A DNA stretch of 29,900 nt from Candidatus Liptonbacteria bacterium RIFOXYD1_FULL_36_11 (GCA_001821375.1 MHLG01000017.1:1-29900), one strand, 5' to 3'. Counted from the first letter of the stretch, positions 9,085-17,016 are shown. The notes: generated by a model not told the origin, from the letters alone. Program-made: numbers and translations.

Positions 9085-9563
9085 TGTTTCACGTGAAACA
9101 TTAAAATTAATTAAATTACTATGTTTTTCATTTTTATAAGTTTTACAACCCGAAAACCTTATAAAATCTACATCTAGTTAAAAAATGTTTCACGTGAAAC
9201 ATTTTTCTTAAATTTTCCAGTGTTTCACGTGAAACACTGGAAAATAAAAGACCCCTCATCTTACATCAAAAACCAACCCGAAAACCGCATAAATAAAGCA
9301 CGATGCTCCAAATTGTTTCACGTGAAACATTTTACAATATCTTAACACTGTTTCACGTGAAACACTAAACAGATGAAAAACCAAAAAATTACCCCTATAA
9401 ATTATTTTTTAATGTTTCACATGAAACATTAAAATTAAAAGTAAAATTGTTTTTTGATATAACTCTTAAATATTTAGTTTAACTTAGCAGGGGATAATAA
9501 AAACAAAAAAATTGTTTCACGTGAAACAATGTAAAATTTCTATCCAATGTTTCACGTGAAACA
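9085..9563. repeat. parS: parS array: 8 copies of TGTTTCACGTGAAACA (7 perfect, 1 with one mismatch)
   Basis: Sites start at 9085, 9186, 9221, 9314, 9349, 9413 (TGTTTCACATGAAACA), 9513 and 9548; matches the canonical ParB/Spo0J site. Confidence 0.92.
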
Positions 9564-9643
9564 TTTTTGCACTTCATTCGGCAATTGCCGAATTCCGAAC
9601 TAAAAAAATACGACTTTTCAGCCGTTTATTTTTTAAGATAAAA

Positions 9644-9801
9644 AATGTAGGTCTAAAACATAACTTCAGCGCTTTTATGCAACCCGGAAAACCCGGATGC
9701 ACATAAAAAACGCAAAACACAAGAAAGGCAAATAGATGAAAACCATCTACTATACCAATTATTATGTTTCTAAAATTATTAATTAATTTTAGACCTACAT
9801 T
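9644..9801. mobile_element. 158-bp MITE-like element with 15-bp perfect TIRs and a 6-bp flanking direct repeat
   Basis: AATGTAGGTCTAAAA (9644-9658) and TTTTAGACCTACATT (9787-9801); ATAAAA immediately outside both ends. Confidence 0.55.
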
Positions 9802-9879
9802 ATAAAAAGTACTAACTCTAAGATAGTAAAAACTTTTATTTAAATCAATGAAGATTTATAAGGTAATTATAAAAATCAG

Positions 9880-9951
9880 TGCGCGCTCAAGGGATTGAAC
9901 CTTGGACATTCTCGGTGTAAACGAGATGCTCTACCACTGAGCTAAGCGCGC
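9880..9951 (-). tRNA. trnV: tRNA-Val(UAC), CCA not encoded
   Basis: GCGCGCT/AGCGCGC acceptor stem, TCTCG-TTTACAC-CGAGA anticodon arm, GGTTCAATCC T arm. Confidence 0.95.
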
Positions 9952-9991
9952 TATATTTTTTAAAGAAACAATTATCTCAATCTATCAAATC

Positions 9992-11254
9992 TTAAAAAGA
10001 AAGTCCAACTACAATCCACCACATCATTTCTCCCGTTTCCATCGTCCAAAAAAAATGGTCAAACATCCCCATTATTAAAAATCCTAAAAGGACAGATTTT
10101 ATTATCCCTGCCTCTAAATATTTTTTTTCAAAATTATCTTCTTTTCTTTTTTTTAAAACCCCCTTTAAAGATAAAGCTAAAAATAAAACCAAGCCGATAA
10201 CTCCTGTTTCCACCGCCGCTAGTAAATAGATATTATGCGCCGGCTGCCACTCCCAAAAATTTTTCATTCCCGCTTTTTCATAAACTCCATTATAAAAAGA
10301 GTAGGGAACATAATTTCCCATTCCAATTCCCAAAAAATTTTCTTTTATAATTTCCACCGCCTGCTTAGTATAAGACATTCTCTCTATTACTGATTCTTGA
10401 TTTAGTGTAATTTTGGCGCGCGAGCCAGCTAAAGGAAAAACAGGAATAAAAGCCGCCATCATGGTAAACCAAAGCGAAGCTATAACTACGCTTCTTTTAA
10501 TATTATTTTTTTCTTTAATAATTGTTAAAGAAAAAAATAAAAGCGCTGCTATCCATCCCATCCACGCCGCTCTAGAAAAAGTTAAAACCACTCCTAAAGA
10601 AACAGCATATAAAAAAGCCAGTAGGGGAATGTTTATTTTTTCTTTTTTAACAAAAAAATAAGCAATCGCAAAAAATCCTAAAACTAAAAAAGCGCCTAAA
10701 ATATTTGGATGTAAAAATGTGCCGTATGGCCTTACTAAATCCACACCGGCTACACTCATTTTACTTATCCCGACTATTCCCACTCCAATTTTCTGTTCCC
10801 CTAAAAACCTTAATCCTATATGCGATTGCAACTTAAACTGCCAAAAAGCTAACACGGATTCTAAAACCGCCATTCCTCCAAAAATAGCAAATACTTTTTC
10901 TCTTTTTATTATTTTCTCTTTTAAAAGAATTCCGGCAACAATAGCTAAAAAAACATAAAGTGCTAATCTAAAAAATCTATAAACTGCTAAAAGTTTTAAA
11001 GGTGCAAAAATTATTGCCATTACCACGCTAGTCAAAAACAAAATTGCGAGCCAACTCACCTTATTGTAAAAAAAACTTTTTTTTAGCAGTAGCACCGCAA
11101 AAAATAAAAACGCTACTAAAAAAACATCACTTAAACAAAAAAACGCCGCCTCATATTCTTGAAACCCCGGTATAAATTTATAAGCCAAAACCCTATACCC
11201 CAAAGGAATAGCGGCAATAAAAAAATAAAAAAACACTTTTACTTTCTTTTCCAT
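9992..11254 (-). CDS. O-antigen ligase/Wzy_C family polytopic membrane protein
   Basis: Many TM segments; RPYGTFLHPNILG, LTFSRAAW, PAHNIYLLAAVETGVIG. Confidence 0.85.
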   Translation of the reverse strand: MEKKVKVFFYFFIAAIPLGYRVLAYKFIPGFQEYEAAFFCLSDVFLVAFLFFAVLLLKKSFFYNKVSWLAILFLTSVVMAIIFAPLKLLAVYRFFRLALYVFLAIVAGILLKEKIIKREKVFAIFGGMAVLESVLAFWQFKLQSHIGLRFLGEQKIGVGIVGISKMSVAGVDLVRPYGTFLHPNILGAFLVLGFFAIAYFFVKKEKINIPLLAFLYAVSLGVVLTFSRAAWMGWIAALLFFSLTIIKEKNNIKRSVVIASLWFTMMAAFIPVFPLAGSRAKITLNQESVIERMSYTKQAVEIIKENFLGIGMGNYVPYSFYNGVYEKAGMKNFWEWQPAHNIYLLAAVETGVIGLVLFLALSLKGVLKKRKEDNFEKKYLEAGIIKSVLLGFLIMGMFDHFFWTMETGEMMWWIVVGLSF

Positions 11255-11300
11255 TTTTTCGGCTCTTTTTGAAAATAAAATAGTTTTGCAACTATCTCAA

Positions 11301-12455
11301 TTAGTAATAAATTGCCGAATAAACTATTCCTAAAACAAAAATTACGAAAAGAAAAATCGCCGCCGCTAAGTTAACTCCTCTTCTGGCAAATAAATATGGC
11401 ACCATTCCTTTTTTTTCCATCTTTATCCAAACAGCGGATATTATTGCGCCCTCTAAAGCTAAAAATACTCCTCCCGCAATCGATACTATTCTAAAAAAAT
11501 TATTGAATCCCAAACATATTAAAAAAACCGGCAAAAAAATTACTGCTATATCCGCTACCCTCGTTTTTATATTTAAGTCCATTTCCATTATTTCTTTAAT
11601 GCTTAATCCTATAACAAAATAAGAACTTAAAATTGATAACAGTCCCGTTAAACTTATCAGAGCTGAAACAAAATAGGGGAGAGTAGTTATCCAAGCTAAC
11701 GGGTTTTCCATTAGTCCACCTCCCATTTTTAACGCTCCAATTATAAAAGCGAGATATGCCACCGCCGGCACTACTGTACCCCAAAAAATTACCTTCTTAA
11801 AGCCGACAAAAGAAATCTTATTTTCTTTATAATACTCTATTAATGCTGGCACTGCCGCTCTTCCTGAAAAAGAAAATAAAAAAGGGCCAAAAGGTAAAAA
11901 AAACAAAGCCCAATTTACACTGGGAATTTCTATTATTTTTTTTACTTCATTTGTAAAGCCCATTGAAAAAATAAAGAAAAATAAAATTGCCATCACTGTT
12001 GTTATCGCAAATTCAAACCTTGCCATCTTCTTAATACTCAAAAAAATTGCTGCTGATCCTAAAACCCAAAACAGTAATATAAAAATTTTTTCCTCTCCCT
12101 CCGGAAAAATTATTTTTAAAAAACTTTCTGCCAAGATTAAATAAACCATTAAAGTCATAACACCTCCCACGATCGCCGCTCCTATTGAAAGCCAAAACCC
12201 TATTTTCCCAAAATATTTTTCCGCATAACCGGCAAACTTAAATTTTTCCCTGTTTCTTAAAATAATATCAGCGTACATCGTGTGTAAAAAATAAAATATC
12301 AAAACAGAAGTAGCAATATAAAAAACTCCCGTTATAAAACCGGCCAAAGAAACAAAATAAGGCAAAGAAAAAACACCGGCGCCGATTATTGTGCTTGCTA
12401 ATAACGAAACAGGTAAAACAAACTTTTTATAAAAACTAAGCTTTAAATATTTCAT
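11301..12455 (-). CDS. Aromatic amino acid permease family (Mtr/TyrP-like) transporter
   Basis: LLASTIIGAGVFSLPY, about 11 TM segments, FSFSGRAAVP; ATG at 12455 overlaps the upstream gene. Confidence 0.8.
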   Translation of the reverse strand: MKYLKLSFYKKFVLPVSLLASTIIGAGVFSLPYFVSLAGFITGVFYIATSVLIFYFLHTMYADIILRNREKFKFAGYAEKYFGKIGFWLSIGAAIVGGVMTLMVYLILAESFLKIIFPEGEEKIFILLFWVLGSAAIFLSIKKMARFEFAITTVMAILFFFIFSMGFTNEVKKIIEIPSVNWALFFLPFGPFLFSFSGRAAVPALIEYYKENKISFVGFKKVIFWGTVVPAVAYLAFIIGALKMGGGLMENPLAWITTLPYFVSALISLTGLLSILSSYFVIGLSIKEIMEMDLNIKTRVADIAVIFLPVFLICLGFNNFFRIVSIAGGVFLALEGAIISAVWIKMEKKGMVPYLFARRGVNLAAAIFLFVIFVLGIVYSAIYY

Positions 12456-12750
12456 CTCCAACCCGCGCTCTTTTTAAAATTTTTATTCCAATTTTTTTTC
12501 CTTTTGGCGCAGTTTTCACTTTTTTATGGTCTATCTCTAAAGAAGAGATGACTTGTGAAAAAGAAGTTGTCGCTCCGGAAAATTTTACTTTTTCTCCGGC
12601 TTTAAACGGTTTTGAAAATTTTACTACCGCTACTTTTATTTTGTTGTAAAAATGAACCACTTTTCCTATTGGTTTTTCTAAAACTTTTTTTAGTTTTACG
12701 GCTTTAACTTTAATTTTGCTTTTTATTGTTGCTTTCTTAACTTTTGGCAT
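12436..12750 (-). CDS. Small basic protein with EF-Tu domain II / U32-peptidase C-terminal-like beta-barrel
   Basis: IGKVVHFYNKIKVAVV...GEKVKF...SLEIDHKKV...GKKIGIK...RVGDEIF; Lys-rich N-terminal tail. Confidence 0.7.
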   Translation of the reverse strand: MPKVKKATIKSKIKVKAVKLKKVLEKPIGKVVHFYNKIKVAVVKFSKPFKAGEKVKFSGATTSFSQVISSLEIDHKKVKTAPKGKKIGIKILKRARVGDEIFKA

Positions 12751-12751
12751 T

Positions 12752-13360
12752 TTATTTTAATGTGCCGTTTTTACTTTTATCTTTTTTAATTAACTCTAAA
12801 ACTTTTTCTAAAAGTTTTTTTGGGTCACTGTCATAAACTATCTTTCCCATTCCGCGATGCGCTTTTTCTGTTATTCCTTTTATCTCTTCCGCGATTCCTC
12901 CGCTGCCTGTTAAAATTCCTATCGGTTTATTATTTTCAAAAGCTATTGTGAATTCATTTAAAGTACCAATTCTTCCGCAAACTAAAATTATTGCATCGGA
13001 CGACCTCGTTAAAAGTAAATTTCTTCCTGTGTAATCAAATCCGGTGTAAATAATAAAATCGTGGTAATCAACCGGTAGGTGATAACTCTTAAGATGCGCC
13101 TCTTCGGAAACAGCCGGCGACATTCCGATAACCATCCCGCCGGCGATCTTCGCCGCTCTTGCCACCCAATAAGGCGCTCCGGTAGTCGCGCCGGTAATTA
13201 AAATTATTCCTTTTTCTGCCACCATCTTTCCAAGTTCTTCTGATTTTGCAAAAGCGCTCGGTGAGCAATAAGTCGTCTCCGCCGCTCCCGATATGGAAAT
13301 CTTTATTTTTGGCTGATAAATATATCTTAACTCTTCTCCGTTTTTATTTTTTTTATCCAT
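12752..13360 (-). CDS. LOG/SLOG family nucleotide-binding protein
   Basis: ISISG, ITGATTGAP, GRNLLLTRSSD, GRIGTLNEF (variant of PGGxGTxxE). Confidence 0.82.
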   Translation of the reverse strand: MDKKNKNGEELRYIYQPKIKISISGAAETTYCSPSAFAKSEELGKMVAEKGIILITGATTGAPYWVARAAKIAGGMVIGMSPAVSEEAHLKSYHLPVDYHDFIIYTGFDYTGRNLLLTRSSDAIILVCGRIGTLNEFTIAFENNKPIGILTGSGGIAEEIKGITEKAHRGMGKIVYDSDPKKLLEKVLELIKKDKSKNGTLK

Positions 13361-13432
13361 ATTTATAAGTTTATCACTTAAATATGCTTTTGTTGCGAAA
13401 GTAGAAATGGTATTTGACGATAGACCTTATTA

Positions 13433-14779
13433 TTATAACACATCTTCTTCTTTCTCTTTAGGAATTTCCGCTTCTATTGCAAACTCATCCATTATTTTTA
13501 CTTTTAAAGCCGCTGAATTTTCTTCATCGCCGTGCGTTATAAAAACTTTTCTTAATGTTCTCGTCATTGGTTTTAACCAAGCTAAAAGCTCTTCTTGGTC
13601 GGCGTGCGCCGAATATCCGCTAATGCTTTGTCTTTTACAATTTACCTCCACTTCTTTTCCGTATATCTCTACTTTTTCTGCTCCTTCTTGAATTTTTCTT
13701 CCTAAAGTTTCTTTTCCCTGATAAGAAACAAATAATATCCCATTTTTTTTGTCGCTTAAATAATTAAGCTCGTGCCTTAAAATTCTTCCCCCCTGCGACA
13801 TTCCCGAACCGGCAATTATTATTTTTGGCCCTTTCTTTTTTTCTATCTCTCGCGACTCTTCACTTGAAAGTGTTGTTTCTAATCCTGGAAAATTAAATAT
13901 TTCATCTCCCGTTCTTATTTCTTTTCCTACGTCTATTCTAAAAAATCCTTGATATTTTTTATAAATTGTCGTCAGTTTTATCGCTAACGGGCTATCCATA
14001 TATATCGGCACTCTTGGTATTCTCCCATTACTCACCAGCTCGTTTAACTCTACTAAAAGCTCTTGCGTTCTTTCCATGGCAAATGCCGGAATAAGCAATG
14101 TCCCGCCACCGTTTATCACTTCTTCTATAAAATCTTCCAGTAAATCCCTTCTTTTTTCAGCATCCTCGTGTATCCGGTTTCCATAAGTTGATTCTATAAG
14201 CGCGTAATCAGCTTCTTCAATCTCATCCGCTACTGGCATAATGGAATTATGTAAATTTCCCAAGTCTCCGGAAAATACAATACTTTTTCCCTCCGCTGTT
14301 ACTTTTATGCAAGCTGAACCTAAAATATGCCCGGCGTTAAAAAATTCTACGGAAAATTTCCCTAGCTGAAAAACTTTTTTATACTCAACTTTTTCCCAAA
14401 GGTCCATCAGCGCGTTTATATCTTTTGTTTCGTAAATTGGCTTCTCTCTTCTTTTTTCCGCTTCTTTTCTTAATATGTCTTCCGAGTCTAAAAGTAAAAG
14501 CTCTGTAAAATCTCGCGTTGGCGCCGTGGAAAAAATTTTATTGCGAAATCCCTCTTTATAAAGTTTTGGTAAAAGCCCGGTATGGTCTATGTGGGCGTGT
14601 GTTATTAAAACCGCTTTTATTTCCTTGGCGTCATAGGGTAGGGGAGTAAAATTTTTCTTTTCGCAGTAACTTTCTCCTTGTTCCATTCCGCAGTCTATAA
14701 GAATTTTTTCTCCGCCGGTCTCCAGTATAAAACTTGACCCGGAAACATTTTTTACTCCTCCTAAAAAAATTATTTTCAT
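13433..14779 (-). CDS. Metallo-beta-lactamase/beta-CASP ribonuclease (YSH1-like)
   Basis: THAHIDH, AGHILGS, FSGDLG, ESTYG, SAHAD, THGD motifs all present. Confidence 0.92.
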   Translation of the reverse strand: MKIIFLGGVKNVSGSSFILETGGEKILIDCGMEQGESYCEKKNFTPLPYDAKEIKAVLITHAHIDHTGLLPKLYKEGFRNKIFSTAPTRDFTELLLLDSEDILRKEAEKRREKPIYETKDINALMDLWEKVEYKKVFQLGKFSVEFFNAGHILGSACIKVTAEGKSIVFSGDLGNLHNSIMPVADEIEEADYALIESTYGNRIHEDAEKRRDLLEDFIEEVINGGGTLLIPAFAMERTQELLVELNELVSNGRIPRVPIYMDSPLAIKLTTIYKKYQGFFRIDVGKEIRTGDEIFNFPGLETTLSSEESREIEKKKGPKIIIAGSGMSQGGRILRHELNYLSDKKNGILFVSYQGKETLGRKIQEGAEKVEIYGKEVEVNCKRQSISGYSAHADQEELLAWLKPMTRTLRKVFITHGDEENSAALKVKIMDEFAIEAEIPKEKEEDVL

Positions 14780-14842
14780 GCCTTCTATTATACCTCAAAA
14801 TCAGCTCTCTTGATAAACACTGCCTTTTTTCTCCCGAAGTTT

Positions 14843-14953
14843 ACCCCGTGAAATCTATCCTATATTTCACCGGGGGTTATACCCCTACCTACCCTGCCTA
14901 CCGGCAGGCAGGCCGTGTATTTTTTCTATTTCACTGGGGTTTCCCGTGAAACA
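14843..14953. repeat. REP mosaic: family D hairpin, family C palindrome CCTGCCTACCGGCAGGCAGG, family D half-site with a degenerate parS
   Basis: 14843-14877, 14893-14912, 14927-14953; GGTTTCCCGTGAAACA at 14938-14953. Confidence 0.7.
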
Positions 14954-14984
14954 TTTACCACTTTCTAACTTTTTAAGTAATGTA

Positions 14985-15013
14985 TTGACACAACTTATAA
15001 TATATGCCATAAT
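14985..15013 (+). promoter_or_regulatory. Strong sigma70 promoter TTGACA-17-CATAAT with extended -10 (TG)
   Basis: Direct consensus match upstream of the ORFan cassette. Confidence 0.75.
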
Positions 15014-15051
15014 TCCAGCGTAAAATTGAACATTAAAAACTACATATTTTC

Positions 15052-15230
15052 TGTTTCTGCGTAGCTTTGAGTTGATTATTTTTAGTCATCTCTAAGCTAT
15101 GCGGGAACATTCGGTCTACTCGCGTAACTCATGGTTTTTTATGACGCCGTTATAAGGCGATTGAAATAAAAAGACCAAAAGGCCGCGTGCGGCCTCAAAA
15201 AAATTAATCGCCAAAAACAGCGAGAGGAGA
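15052..15230 (+). ncRNA. Putative structured leader or ncRNA of unknown family
   Basis: 25-bp hairpin at 15052-15109 with plus-strand-specific G.U pairs, a multibranch domain at 15113-15176, and a hairpin at 15180-15195. Confidence 0.5.
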
Positions 15231-15236
15231 AATGCA

Positions 15237-16082
15237 ATGTTTCAAGAGATAGGGGATTATTTTTTGAACATTTCAAGAAAGCTGGTGGAAAAATTAGAAT
15301 ATCACCAGCCGCAGTATTTTAAGTTTAAAAGTAATGTTGAAAAAAATGCCTCTTTCTTTGTAAAAGAAGAGGAAGGAAACAAATTTCCTTTAGTTTTTAA
15401 GGTTCGTCCAAAAAAAAGGAGGCAAATGGGTCCAAATTGTCTTCCTCAACCTAGTGATGTATTCCATGTATTTCTGAAATTTGAGAAAAAGGAGAGTTTT
15501 ACCGATGCTAACACCAACAGGGAATGCGAATCAAGAAATCGTCGGATAGTTTATATTTATCCGCATGAACCGCAGGGAAGAAGTAAGAAAAAAATTATTT
15601 CACGAGGAAGGCTTTGTTTCCAAGATTTAGGAAATTTAGACAGAGAATGTATAATTTTGCCAAAACCTCCTTTTATGGAGCATTTAAATGGAACACACAG
15701 ACGTGGATGTTTATGGATAGCGGAAGCAGAGCAAGGGTATAATTTACATATCTGTAAACGTGAAGATGAAGTTTTAAATAATGAGATAGTAAAAGTTTTT
15801 TTGGAGAGGGCAAAAAAAACACAATTTTTCGACGCAATGAGAATAGAATTGCCTGGCGTTACGAAACAGAGAGAAGATGAAGAAACTATTTGCTGTTATG
15901 ATAAAAGGCGAGATGATTCTCCTGTGGCACGAGTTAGGTATGTCCGCCGTGATTTAATAAAGGAAAGCGACGGCGTAAAAGTAAAAAGCTTTAGATTTTT
16001 TGAATTAAATAGTATTGATAATTCCATTAATACAAATACAATAAGATTCAAATTAACTGAAAAAGGGCTTGAAAAAATTTAA
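15237..16082 (+). CDS. Hypothetical protein (ORFan, 281 aa)
   Basis: Long ORF with GAGGAG SD 7 nt upstream, its own promoter and terminator; no family recognised. Confidence 0.75.
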   Translation: MFQEIGDYFLNISRKLVEKLEYHQPQYFKFKSNVEKNASFFVKEEEGNKFPLVFKVRPKKRRQMGPNCLPQPSDVFHVFLKFEKKESFTDANTNRECESRNRRIVYIYPHEPQGRSKKKIISRGRLCFQDLGNLDRECIILPKPPFMEHLNGTHRRGCLWIAEAEQGYNLHICKREDEVLNNEIVKVFLERAKKTQFFDAMRIELPGVTKQREDEETICCYDKRRDDSPVARVRYVRRDLIKESDGVKVKSFRFFELNSIDNSINTNTIRFKLTEKGLEKI

Positions 16083-16116
16083 AGCTCATTAAATAGACCT
16101 TAAAAATGTATTCTAT

Positions 16117-16143
16117 GCCCCTGTGATATTTACAGGGGCTTTT
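16117..16143 (+). terminator. Intrinsic terminator after the ORFan
   Basis: GCCCCTGT-gatattt-ACAGGGGC followed by TTTT. Confidence 0.8.
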
Positions 16144-16717
16144 ATTTTTTCGCTATGTTTTTTAAAGCCTCTTTCAACCTGCTCTCAAATTCTTTTATCT
16201 TCGGGTCTAACTCGCTTATTGCTTCTTTAACTTGGCTTCTATTATATCCTAAAGACATCAGTGCCTCTTCAATACTTGCGTCCGATTCCATCTTCTTTAC
16301 TCCCTCCATTGCTCCTTTTACTATTATTTTTCCTTTTAGCTCTAAAATCGCTCTCTCCGCTGTCTTCTTTCCTATCCCCGAAACTCTTGTTAAAAGTTCC
16401 GGTCTTCCTTCATTTATTGCCGATACTAAATTTTCTACTGTGGAAATGTTTAACATTGCGAGCGCTGTCTTTGGTCCTATTCCTGACACCGTTAATAATT
16501 TTTCAAAAACTTCCAACTCAAAAATTGAAATAAATCCGTATAAATCTAGACTATCTTCCTTTACTGATAAATGGCAAAAAAATTTTACTTCTTCTCCGCT
16601 TCTCGCCTCTTTTTTTGAATTTTCCGAGGTAAAAATTTTATATCCTATTCCGCCTGCGTCCACTACGCAGAATCCCGGCTCTTTTCCCTCCACTTTTCCT
16701 TTTATGTAATAAAACAT
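16142..16717 (-). CDS. ruvA: Holliday junction branch migration protein RuvA
   Basis: GGIGYKI, LYGF, LLTVSGIGPKTAL, VSGIGKKTAERAILEL, EEALMSLGY. Confidence 0.97.
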   Translation of the reverse strand: MFYYIKGKVEGKEPGFCVVDAGGIGYKIFTSENSKKEARSGEEVKFFCHLSVKEDSLDLYGFISIFELEVFEKLLTVSGIGPKTALAMLNISTVENLVSAINEGRPELLTRVSGIGKKTAERAILELKGKIIVKGAMEGVKKMESDASIEEALMSLGYNRSQVKEAISELDPKIKEFESRLKEALKNIAKK

Positions 16718-16764
16718 CTTTCTCTTATTATATACTATATGTTTTTCTTTTTCCTTTTTTAAAT

Positions 16765-16807
16765 AAAAAAACCCCCCACAGGAGAGGATAGGTCATCCTG
16801 CGAGGGA
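16765..16807 (-). terminator. Minus-strand terminator-like hairpin upstream of ruvA
   Basis: 12-bp stem TCCCTCGCAGGA/TCCTGTGGGGGG (3 G.U pairs) followed by T7. Confidence 0.65.
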
Positions 16808-16831
16808 ATAAATAAACAAAGGACTGATTTA

Positions 16832-16881
16832 ACTATAAGCAATTAAAAAACATTGTCAAATAATATAAAAAAGTGTATAAA
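16832..16881. promoter_or_regulatory. Overlapping divergent promoters sharing TTGTCAA
   Basis: Plus: TTGTCA(16853)-17-TATAAA toward tRNA-Ile; minus: TTGACA(16859)-16-TATAGT toward the 16765-16807 hairpin. Confidence 0.55.
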
Positions 16882-16898
16882 TATATACGTAAACACAG

Positions 16899-16973
16899 GC
16901 GCGCGTAGCTCAGCGGTAGAGCAGTCGTCTTATAAGCGACTGGTCCCTGGTTCAAATCCAGGCGCGCGCACCA
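16899..16973 (+). tRNA. trnI: tRNA-Ile(UAU), CCA encoded
   Basis: GCGCGCG/CGCGCGC acceptor stem, GTCGT-CTTATAA-GCGAC anticodon arm (TAT at 16931-16933), CCTGG-TTCAAAT-CCAGG T arm, A73. Confidence 0.93.
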
Positions 16974-17016
16974 ACTAGCATATTATTACCGGCAAACAAC
17001 AAAGCTGAAATTCGTC

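Noticed and set aside
9085-9563. CRISPR array
   Set aside because: Repeats are only 16 bp and match parS; spacers range 19-85 nt; no cas genes are present
9576-9593. 18-bp perfect palindrome ATTCGGCAATTGCCGAAT as an operator
   Set aside because: Single copy, no recognisable regulator; cannot be told apart from local hairpin-rich background
14734-14949. 71-aa plus-strand ORF
   Set aside because: Reads through REP palindromes (PAYRQAG is the translation of the family C repeat) and overlaps the beta-CASP start
16155-16709. 184-aa ORF antisense to ruvA, and other antisense ORFs (5241-5627, 8070-8471, 17495-17989, 17659-18048, 21689-22156, 25911-26318, 28187-28792)
   Set aside because: Shadows of well-supported genes; low-complexity F/S/L-rich translations with no motifs
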